From a virus (taxonomy: Duplodnaviria > Caudoviricetes), in the IMG/VR virus record IMGVR_UViG_3300013286_000627, positions 1 through 61,005 of that record: 61,005 nucleotides of DNA; one strand, 5' to 3'. Shown here piece by piece: positions 1-6,742 of this stretch. Both the position numbers and the translations under genes were made by a program. Within the stretch, counting starts at the first letter, position 1. Each line of letters starts with the position of its first letter. Under the pieces are notes generated by a model. That model had not been told where the DNA came from. It was given only the letters and a program-made list of their open reading frames with translations, and did no database searches.

Positions 1-64
1 ACCCGACTGTAAAATTCAGTAAGCATTTAGGGAAGATCCACAGTAGTGTGTTTCAATAAAGTAT

Positions 65-140
65 GCGGGTGTAGCTCAGTTGGTAGAGCGTCAGATTTCC
101 AATCTGAATGTCGAGAGTTCGAGACTCTTCGCCCGCTCCA
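65..140 (+). tRNA. tRNA-Gly (TCC)
   Basis: Cloverleaf; anticodon arm TCAGA-TTTCCAA-TCTGA; TTCGA T-loop; encoded CCA. Confidence 0.95.
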
Positions 141-146
141 TATTTT

Positions 147-224
147 GCATCGTTAGCTCAGTCTGGTTAGAGCATCTGGTTTACATCCAGGGGGTCCGCG
201 GTTCGAGTCCGTGACGATGTACCA
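147..224 (+). tRNA. tRNA-Val (TAC)
   Basis: Acceptor GCATCGT/ACGATGT; anticodon loop TTTACAT; GGTTCGAGTCC; CCA end. Confidence 0.95.
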
Positions 225-232
225 AGTTTAAT

Positions 233-311
233 CTCCGGTTCGCCTAACCTGGTTATGGCACCTCGTTTGGGACGAGGAATAATGTGAGTTCGAATCCCAC
301 ACTGGAGACCA
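233..311 (+). tRNA. tRNA-Pro (TGG)
   Basis: Acceptor CTCCGGT/ACTGGAG; CCTCG-TTTGGGA-CGAGG anticodon arm; CCA end. Confidence 0.93.
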
Positions 312-317
312 AGTTAT

Positions 318-391
318 GGGGGATTAGTATAATGGTATTACGGCAGCTTTGCAAGCTGTTTATAACAGTTCGATTCTGTTATCCTCCACCA
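318..391 (+). tRNA. tRNA-Ala (TGC)
   Basis: GGGGGAT/ATCCTCC acceptor with G3:U70; GCAGC-TTTGCAA-GCTGT; CCA end. Confidence 0.95.
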
Positions 392-394
392 AGA

Positions 395-531
395 GCAGAG
401 GCGAGGTTACGTTCGCCAGTATGAGTCGCAAGGTACCGCGGTAAATCCTTGGGCAAGCAATAGTACAATCATGCAATGTAACAGGTGGTAGTGATCTACT
501 AACGGGCCGTCCTCAAAACTTGTGTCCACCA
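395..531 (+). ncRNA. Putative structured RNA in tRNA spacer
   Basis: GC-richer spacer with hairpins (GGCGAG/TTCGCC, AAGG/CCTT, GGTAG/CTACT), ends in CCACCA; no ORF. Confidence 0.35.
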
Positions 532-590
532 ATTTTAGAACTCTCCCTTACATACGGAGTACAATGAGATAAGTAGTATGTAACACATAT

Positions 591-665
591 CGCAGAGAGG
601 GTCTGGTCACCAGCGAGGTCTCATAAGCCTTTGCCATCCTTGGTTCGAATCCAAGCTCTGCAACC
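591..665 (+). tRNA. tRNA-Met (CAT), initiator-like
   Basis: C1:A72 mismatch, CTCATAA anticodon loop, GGTTCGAATCC; short D arm; terminal A of CCA not encoded. Confidence 0.85.
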
Positions 666-763
666 CTTGCGTAGATCGCTCAATGGAGATTCATATTGGT
701 GGATCAAAGAATCTGAATATATTTCAGAATATAAACGTATGATATCTTCTTTTAAAAAATAAA

Positions 764-1600
764 TTAGATATTGATAGTAAGGCGTTTTAATAACCTATCA
801 GGTTCATCTTCATCAAACGTAACAGCTTCTCTAGAATGTACTGTACCAAAATTATCATATATTAATAGATCGCCAGTTTCCCAATGATGTGTATAAAGTG
901 TATTAGATTTTGACATACATTGATTATATACATGTGGTATAAACTTGTGATTATATTCAAAGCTACCGGGAATACCATTATGTTCAATATGATGTATCCA
1001 GGCTCTTTCACTAACTGACGGATATACATAACAGTTAACTCTAGGGCTTACCTTTCCGGTTCTTGGATTTATTTTTAAAAATGGAAAAGTTTGTAATCTT
1101 GTATGCGGTACATATAAATTTTGTTGTACTACAGAAACATCTTGATATTCTAATTTCTCCTCTTCAGAGAATTGACTCCAAGCTAGTTCTAAATTTAACC
1201 AACTTGTCGAACCTGATTTGTTTCTAGTATGATTTACCATATATAATGATCTTGATGGGAAACTTATTTCATCCATGTGTGCCATATCACTATGCCACTC
1301 CATAAGATCTGCGCCCCATTTATTATTTCCTGTTTGAAAATAACTAACAGGAAAAGTATCAATATTTTTAACAGTCTTATCTCTCAATAATTTGTATGTA
1401 TCGGCTCCCCAATTTTTTCCAAACTTTTCGCCAAATGCATGATATTGTTCGTCAGTTAGATTAGGACCTAATCCTTTAAAAATTAACATTACTCTTTCAT
1501 TTAGTAACTGTTTACATAGTACATTGTCCCAAGACATTAATTCATCATAAGAAACATAACACTCGGTAATCCATTCTGGGTAAATATTTTTTAATTGCAT
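764..1600 (-). CDS. TauD/TfdA-family alpha-ketoglutarate-dependent dioxygenase
   Basis: WHSD (HxD) and WETGDLLIYDNFGTVHSR motifs. Confidence 0.85.
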   Translation of the reverse strand: MQLKNIYPEWITECYVSYDELMSWDNVLCKQLLNERVMLIFKGLGPNLTDEQYHAFGEKFGKNWGADTYKLLRDKTVKNIDTFPVSYFQTGNNKWGADLMEWHSDMAHMDEISFPSRSLYMVNHTRNKSGSTSWLNLELAWSQFSEEEKLEYQDVSVVQQNLYVPHTRLQTFPFLKINPRTGKVSPRVNCYVYPSVSERAWIHHIEHNGIPGSFEYNHKFIPHVYNQCMSKSNTLYTHHWETGDLLIYDNFGTVHSREAVTFDEDEPDRLLKRLTINI

Positions 1601-1646
1601 ATCAGTATTTAATATATCTATTAAATCAGTCTATAAATAAAACATC

Positions 1647-1720
1647 GCGGGTATGATGTAAAGGTAACCTGATTGCTTGCCAAGCAATACATCCGAGTTC
1701 GATTCTCGGTACCCGCTCCA
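1647..1720 (+). tRNA. tRNA-Gly (GCC)
   Basis: GCGGGTA/TACCCGC acceptor; ATTGC-TTGCCAA-GCAAT; CCA end. Confidence 0.93.
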
Positions 1721-1724
1721 AATT

Positions 1725-1825
1725 GGCCAGACCTGTATCCATATTCTGGCTCCGCTGGCGCGAAAACAGGATGGGCTGCGCTCACGGGGTTTGATAGTTT
1801 CCCGACACAACAATAACTATCACCA
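1725..1825 (+). ncRNA. Putative double-pseudoknot RNA downstream of tRNA-Gly
   Basis: GGCCAGA/TCTGGCT crossed by CCTGT/ACAGG; second pseudoknot CGGGG/TCCCG crossed by TGATAGTT/AACTATCA; ends in CCA. Confidence 0.5.
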
Positions 1826-1832
1826 ATAACAC

Positions 1833-1873
1833 GGCCTCACCCAATGGAACATAGTTCTACGGTGAGGTTTTCT
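1833..1873 (+). terminator. Rho-independent terminator closing the tRNA transcript
   Basis: CCTCACC...GGTGAGG hairpin followed by TTTTCTC. Confidence 0.65.
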
Positions 1874-1874
1874 C

Positions 1875-1903
1875 TTGACCAATTCACAAAAAGAAAGTAT
1901 AAT
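1875..1903 (+). promoter_or_regulatory. sigma70-type promoter
   Basis: TTGACC-N17-TATAAT; ATG 6 nt downstream. Confidence 0.8.
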
Positions 1904-1909
1904 AGATAC

Positions 1910-2143
1910 ATGTATAAGGTAATAAGCAAAATAGGACTTACACTGAATGTATGTCCGACACTAGACGAAGCAATGGCATTTGCCAAAACTGTGGGCATGT
2001 TTGTAACTATCAAGGGGCCAGACTTCGAAGTCTGTGGTATCTTTGGAGTGGACACTGTCAAGAACGGCCTATGCCCAGATGGTATTGCATACGATTGGAA
2101 TAAAGCCAGCCGTATTGGCCAAACAAAAAGAGTGAGAGTATAA
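1910..2143 (+). CDS. Hypothetical protein (start moved to ATG 1910)
   Basis: The upstream part of the called ORF overlaps the terminator and promoter; ATG follows the promoter. Confidence 0.7.
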   Translation: MYKVISKIGLTLNVCPTLDEAMAFAKTVGMFVTIKGPDFEVCGIFGVDTVKNGLCPDGIAYDWNKASRIGQTKRVRV

Positions 2144-2144
2144 T

Positions 2145-2249
2145 ATGCCATGGATTGAAAATGTGAGTTTGGGTGATATCCCAAAAGGTCGGCATCACAA
2201 TGCTGGCGAGAATAGTATGCTGATTCAGATTTTTGGAGTTGAAGAATGA
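2145..2249 (+). CDS. 34-aa ORF (MPWIENVSLG...), possibly a truncated gene
   Basis: Tightly packed between neighbours; ATGA overlap with the next ORF. Confidence 0.45.
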   Translation: MPWIENVSLGDIPKGRHHNAGENSMLIQIFGVEE

Positions 2250-2413
2250 AGATTAAATTTGATAAAGACACAATGCCCGATGCATTGTATAATGTACTAT
2301 TACAGCATTTTGTAAACGAAGCAGTTGGCCTAGGTGTAGAAGTAAACAAGTTTACCGAATTTAACAATTGGGTAATCGAGTGTGAAATCAATGTTAAGGA
2401 AGCGGTACATTAA
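2246..2413 (+). CDS. Small hypothetical protein (55 aa)
   Basis: GGAG SD; ATGA and TAATG translational coupling on the two sides. Confidence 0.65.
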   Translation: MKIKFDKDTMPDALYNVLLQHFVNEAVGLGVEVNKFTEFNNWVIECEINVKEAVH

Positions 2414-2877
2414 TGCCTAAATGTTATCAATTGGTCGGAGTGCCTGGTTCTGGTAAAAGTACCTGGGTAGCTAATCAAGATTGGGCAGGCGACTGTGCGT
2501 ATATCAGCACCGATGTCTATGTTGAAAAATTTGCCAAAGATATGGGCAAAACCTACAGTGAAGTTTTTACCGAGGTCATGCTTGAATGTGTTAATCTAAT
2601 GGCAGGCGATGTTGTCAAAGCTCGAGAAGCAGGTCGAGACATCATCTGGGATCAAACCAGTACCACCGTAACAAGTCGTCTGCGTAAATTTAACATGTTA
2701 CCTGACTATGAACATATTGCTGTGGTATTTGAAACACCGTCGAGGCTCGAATTAAAACGTCGATTAGCCAGCCGTCCAGGAAAAGAAATTCCGGATGCTG
2801 TAATAGAAGGAATGTTGGCTAGTTTTGAAATGCCCTCAGAAGAAGAAGGGTTTAAGGAAATTTGGAATGCCATTTGA
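2413..2877 (+). CDS. P-loop kinase, polynucleotide-kinase (AAA_33)-like
   Basis: GVPGSGKST Walker A, ISTD, IIWDQT, RLASR lid. Confidence 0.8.
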   Translation: MPKCYQLVGVPGSGKSTWVANQDWAGDCAYISTDVYVEKFAKDMGKTYSEVFTEVMLECVNLMAGDVVKAREAGRDIIWDQTSTTVTSRLRKFNMLPDYEHIAVVFETPSRLELKRRLASRPGKEIPDAVIEGMLASFEMPSEEEGFKEIWNAI

Positions 2878-2902
2878 CAAAATGGTAAAACCATGTTATA
2901 AT
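2874..2902 (+). promoter_or_regulatory. sigma70-type promoter
   Basis: TTGACA-N17-TATAAT. Confidence 0.85.
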
Positions 2903-2926
2903 TATTTTAAATGAAAGGAGAGATGT

Positions 2927-3529
2927 ATGCCTAGTGTATTTTTAGTCAGCGACACGCACTTCGGTCACATGGGGGTATGTCGCTTCACACGTAACGATGG
3001 CGTTACAAAACTTCGTCCATGGGACAGTTCAGAGGAAATGGACGAAGCTATGGTCAAGGCTTGGAACGAAAGAGTCAAGCCAACAGATAAGGTCTACCAT
3101 TTAGGTGACGTTGTTATTAACCGCAAGGCTTTAGGAATCATGCGCCGCTTAAACGGTGACAAGGTGTTAATCCGTGGTAACCATGATATCTTTAAGGACA
3201 CGGATTATCGTGAACACTTTAGAGAATTACGAGCATACCATGTTATGAATGGACTTATTTTAAGTCATATTCCTGTCCACGAAGCAAGCCTTGGCCGTTT
3301 TGGTTGTAACATACACGGACACTTACACGCCAACAGAGTTATGAAGGCGAGAGGTGTTGATGCCCGAACTGGAGAAATTTTATACAGCGATGAGATTGAT
3401 CCTAGGTATCACTGTGTTTGTGTTGAAACTACAGATTTTGCTCCAATACTCTTTGAAGATGTTATCAAACGGATTGAAGCAGAGGGAGGCACAGTGGGTT
3501 TCAAATCCGGGAACGGTCCAACAATGTAA
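2927..3529 (+). CDS. Calcineurin-like metallophosphoesterase
   Basis: DTHFGH, GD, GNHD, HGHLH motifs; AGGAG SD. Confidence 0.9.
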   Translation: MPSVFLVSDTHFGHMGVCRFTRNDGVTKLRPWDSSEEMDEAMVKAWNERVKPTDKVYHLGDVVINRKALGIMRRLNGDKVLIRGNHDIFKDTDYREHFRELRAYHVMNGLILSHIPVHEASLGRFGCNIHGHLHANRVMKARGVDARTGEILYSDEIDPRYHCVCVETTDFAPILFEDVIKRIEAEGGTVGFKSGNGPTM

Positions 3530-3536
3530 AAAACAG

Positions 3537-3565
3537 TTGACAGATCTGCAAAACTGTCGTATAAT
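3537..3565 (+). promoter_or_regulatory. sigma70-type promoter of the DUF2828/Ro-like operon
   Basis: TTGACA-N17-TATAAT. Confidence 0.9.
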
Positions 3566-3577
3566 AGTTACTTATTT

Positions 3578-3630
3578 AGGATGCTTCCAGCAATTTTTAT
3601 ACTTTTCTTATAGTAAAAAAAAGCATCCTG
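3578..3630 (+). promoter_or_regulatory. 5'-UTR RNA element A (stem + CAGCAA), copy of the downstream ncRNA motif
   Basis: AGGATGCTT-C-CAGCAA...AAGCATCCTG. Confidence 0.65.
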
Positions 3631-3654
3631 TCATTTTAACGAAAGGAGAAAGAG

Positions 3655-5046
3655 ATGACTACATTCGCTGAAGCAGTTAAGTCTACCCCAGAGGTAGCTC
3701 GTACCGAAAACGGTATGAAGGCAAAAGCTCATTCGGGCAATGCTCTTGTAGACCTGTTCTACAAGATTGGTGCCAGCCGCGGTAAGTCTGTAACCGCAGA
3801 CTTCGAAAAGGCTTTCCAAGAAGACAGTGACCTAGCAATGAAGATTGCATTTTGGTCACGTGATGTTCGTGGTGGTGCCGGTGAACGTCAGCTCTTTCGT
3901 GATGTCCTAGTGCATCTGGAAAAGTTGCATCCAGCAACACTGGAATCAGTTCTTCCTTTCGTGAGCGAGTTCGGCCGTTGGGACGACTTGCTGGTGTTCA
4001 AGACTGAAAAGTTCAAGCACATGGCATATACCTTAATCGGTAATGCACTGCGTGAGCGCAACGGTCTGTGTGCCAAGTGGATGCCTCGTCAAGGACCAAT
4101 TGCGGTTGAAATCCGCAACTTCTATGGTATGACTCCAAAGTTCTACCGTAAGAGTTTGGTTGCGTTGACTAATGTTGTTGAAAGCAAGATGTGTGCAAAG
4201 GACTGGGATTCTATCGAATTCGGTAAGTTGCCATCGCTGGCTTCGGCTCGTTACAACAAGGCATTTGCCAAGAACGCCAAGACATCATACGAAGCTTACA
4301 AGGCTCGGTTGACTGCTGGTACAGACAAGGTAAACGCCAGTGCTGTTTACCCATACGATGTCATCAAGACCTTGCGGCATGGTGGCGATGGTGTAGTTGC
4401 AGATGCTCAATGGGCAAGCCTGCCAAACTACATCGGCAATGCTAGTGTCATGCCTCTGGTTGACGTTAGCGGTTCGATGCAATGTGCAGTTGGTGGAAAC
4501 GCCAATTTGGAATGTATCGACATTGCCTTGTCGTTGGGTCTGTATTGTGCTGACAAGAACACAGGTGTATTCAAGGATACATTCTTGACTTTTAGTGCAA
4601 AGCCAAAGGCACAAGTTGTTAAGGGAACTTTGAGCCAGAAGATGGCACAAATGAACTCTAGTGACTGGGGCATGAACACCGACCTACATGCGGCGTTTGA
4701 AGAAATTCTACGTATCGCTGTTAAGGGTAGTGTGTCGGAAGACAACATGCCAAAGACTTTGCTGATCTTGTCTGACATGCAATTTGACGCTTGCGTCAAG
4801 CACGATGACTCTGCTATGCAGATGATCAAGCGTAAGTATAAGGATGCAGGATACGAAGTACCAAATGTGGTTTTCTGGAACTTAAACTCCAAGGACAATG
4901 TCCCTGTTAAGTTCGACAAGCAAGGTACCGCATTGGTTAGCGGGTTTAGTCCTGCAGTTATGAAAGGTGTCCTATCGGGTACTGACATGACTCCATATGG
5001 TATCATGCTGGCCACTGTTGATGTAGATCGCTACAGCGTTCTATAA
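3655..5046 (+). CDS. DUF2828-type helical + vWA protein (Ro60/TROVE-like)
   Basis: RDVRGGAGER, GRWDDL, AKWMPR N-terminal motifs; vWA MIDAS DVSGSM and LILSDMQFD; FWNL. Confidence 0.8.
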   Translation: MTTFAEAVKSTPEVARTENGMKAKAHSGNALVDLFYKIGASRGKSVTADFEKAFQEDSDLAMKIAFWSRDVRGGAGERQLFRDVLVHLEKLHPATLESVLPFVSEFGRWDDLLVFKTEKFKHMAYTLIGNALRERNGLCAKWMPRQGPIAVEIRNFYGMTPKFYRKSLVALTNVVESKMCAKDWDSIEFGKLPSLASARYNKAFAKNAKTSYEAYKARLTAGTDKVNASAVYPYDVIKTLRHGGDGVVADAQWASLPNYIGNASVMPLVDVSGSMQCAVGGNANLECIDIALSLGLYCADKNTGVFKDTFLTFSAKPKAQVVKGTLSQKMAQMNSSDWGMNTDLHAAFEEILRIAVKGSVSEDNMPKTLLILSDMQFDACVKHDDSAMQMIKRKYKDAGYEVPNVVFWNLNSKDNVPVKFDKQGTALVSGFSPAVMKGVLSGTDMTPYGIMLATVDVDRYSVL

Positions 5047-5049
5047 ATA
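5042..5049 (+). promoter_or_regulatory. T4-like late promoter upstream of the ncRNAs
   Basis: TATAAATA 8 nt before RNA element B. Confidence 0.55.
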
Positions 5050-5057
5050 GTGTTGTA

Positions 5058-5212
5058 AGGCTAGGTTCAGCAAAATTCAATAACATTAATTGCTTGTATC
5101 TATGTCAATAGCTGAAGCCGAAAGGCTTTGAAGGTTACGGGCATATATGGATATAAGATAGGTGTGTTTCGATATTGACACCGATATAAACTCAAAGTAG
5201 ACAACTAGCCTG
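5058..5212 (+). ncRNA. Y-RNA-like structured RNA B
   Basis: AGGCTAG/CTAGCCT closing stem + CAGCAA; 13-bp CTTGTATCTATGT/ATATGGATATAAG helix; AAGCC-GAAA-GGCTT hairpin. Confidence 0.7.
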
Positions 5213-5220
5213 TTATACAA

Positions 5221-5473
5221 AGGATGACTACAGCAGTATTAAACTACTCAAGCTAACGCTATAGAAAGTGGTTGTGAAACACAGTAGCAATACTGTACTG
5301 GGAAACCAGACGCAGAAGGAATAGATGACAGTATGGAAAGACATACTATGTTGCTAGTAGCAGACACAATTACTAGATAGGCAACGTGAATCGTTGATAG
5401 GGTCGCAGTAACTGAACCGGCATACAGGGGACAGGGCGACCAGAAAATAAAATATATGGTTACAATCATCCTG
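5221..5473 (+). ncRNA. Y-RNA-like multibranched structured RNA C
   Basis: AGGATGA/TCATCCT closing stem + CAGCAG; hairpins ACAGTA-GCAA-TACTGT, CTGG-GAAA-CCAG, AGTATG/CATACT, GGTCGC/GCGACC. Confidence 0.75.
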
Positions 5474-5477
5474 CTAG

Positions 5478-5504
5478 AATAGGACCTTCGGGTCCTATTT
5501 TTTT
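5478..5504 (+). terminator. Rho-independent terminator
   Basis: AATAGGACC-TTCG-GGTCCTATT followed by a T-tract. Confidence 0.92.
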
Positions 5505-5597
5505 GGCTGTGCCTTCAGATGACCCTATAAATATACATTGTACCAGTAAATTTAAAGGCGAAAAATTAGGAATCAGTTTGAGATTTAAAGAATAAAT

Positions 5598-5672
5598 CGG
5601 TCCTTATTTCAATGGATAGAATACAGGTTTCCGAAGCCTGTGATAGAGGTTCGATTCCTCTAGGACCGACCA
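5598..5672 (+). tRNA. tRNA-Arg (CCG)
   Basis: CGGTCCT/AGGACCG acceptor; CAGGT-TTCCGAA-GCCTG; GGTTCGATTCC; CCA. Confidence 0.92.
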
Positions 5673-5684
5673 TTTACTCAAGAC

Positions 5685-5713
5685 TTGATTTCTCTATACT
5701 AAAAAAGTATAAT
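5685..5713 (+). promoter_or_regulatory. sigma70-type promoter
   Basis: TTGATT-N17-TATAAT. Confidence 0.7.
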
Positions 5714-5722
5714 TACTGTTAT

Positions 5723-6742
5723 ATGACAACATTACACATTCTATCAAGTCCCTACAGCCCAGTACACGTAAAAAATAGAATGGATCCGTTTTCCATCTCT
5801 ACAATTAAGATGATTAACTACATGACCCAAATGGGGTGGGATTGTATTCATTACGATATTGTAGGCAGTGAGGTAAGTTGTCCCACTGTACGATGCTTGG
5901 CGGAAATAGATCCTGATAAAAATGTTAATATTAACAAATATAATCAACGTGCAGGACAGGCAATTGCATCACGTAAAAAACCCGGAGACATAATTTTATG
6001 TATGTACGGTATTGAGAATCAGGGGGCTGTCAACTGCAATAAAGATCTCAAAGCAATTGAACCAGGAATTGGTTATACAACTGCTGCTGTATTTTCTGAT
6101 TACAGAGTATTCACTTCATATGCACAGATGCATATGTTTTACGGTGAAAGAAAAATGGAACCAAATCCCAGTTGGTTTGATGCTGTTATACCTAATGGTA
6201 TTACTGCTAGCGAATTTGATTACACAGAAAATAAAGATGATTATTTTCTTTACTTTGGTAGAGTAGTTGCTGAAAAAGGATTGGATATTGCAATTCAGGC
6301 AACTAAAGTCGCTGGTAAAAAATTAATAATTGCGGGCAGTGGAGAATTATCTGATATCGGATATAAAACAATTCCCGAACATGTAGAAGTGGCGGGTCTG
6401 TGTAATGCAGATCAAAGACGTGAATTAATGTCCAAGGCTTGTGCTATCATAGGACCGACATACTATGTTGAACCGTTTGGCAATATGGTAGTAGAAGGTT
6501 ACTTCTCCGGCACTCCGGCAATTACAACGGACTGGGGCGGCTTTACAGAAACAGTAGTACAAGGCAAGACAGGTTTCCGTTGTAGAGAGTTTAGAGAGTT
6601 TGTTAATGCCATTAACAACATAGATTCAATCAATCCCAAAGATTGCTACGATTGGGCCATGACAAATTATGAAGATTCAGTAGTGCATAAAAAGCTGGAT
6701 CAATATTTCAAAAAAATTGCACAATCAAATTTTTATAGATAA
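5723..6742 (+). CDS. GT-B (GT4-like) glycosyltransferase
   Basis: YFGRVVAEKG and EPFGNMVVEG motifs; start moved past the tRNA-Arg. Confidence 0.9.
   Translation: MTTLHILSSPYSPVHVKNRMDPFSISTIKMINYMTQMGWDCIHYDIVGSEVSCPTVRCLAEIDPDKNVNINKYNQRAGQAIASRKKPGDIILCMYGIENQGAVNCNKDLKAIEPGIGYTTAAVFSDYRVFTSYAQMHMFYGERKMEPNPSWFDAVIPNGITASEFDYTENKDDYFLYFGRVVAEKGLDIAIQATKVAGKKLIIAGSGELSDIGYKTIPEHVEVAGLCNADQRRELMSKACAIIGPTYYVEPFGNMVVEGYFSGTPAITTDWGGFTETVVQGKTGFRCREFREFVNAINNIDSINPKDCYDWAMTNYEDSVVHKKLDQYFKKIAQSNFYR

Noticed and set aside
1-60. Possible structured element at the window edge (ACTGT/ACAGT, CCC/GGG)
   Set aside because: Truncated by the window boundary; not enough sequence to support a call.
395-531. 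tmRNA or RNase P RNA
   Set aside because: It ends in TCCACCA and has GGTAAA/GCAAG-like words, but it is far too short and lacks the T-arm and GAGGAAAGTCC-type cores.
1631-2391. Minus-strand ORFs 1631-1813 and 1837-2391
   Set aside because: They are antisense to a tRNA, a structured RNA and coupled plus-strand genes, with no recognisable motifs.
5248-5469. 73-aa minus-strand ORF
   Set aside because: It is the shadow of structured RNA C; the plus-strand promoter, terminator and GNRA loops indicate the other strand.
5612-5722. N-terminal extension of the glycosyltransferase ORF
   Set aside because: It overlaps tRNA-Arg and the promoter; the real start is most likely ATG 5723.
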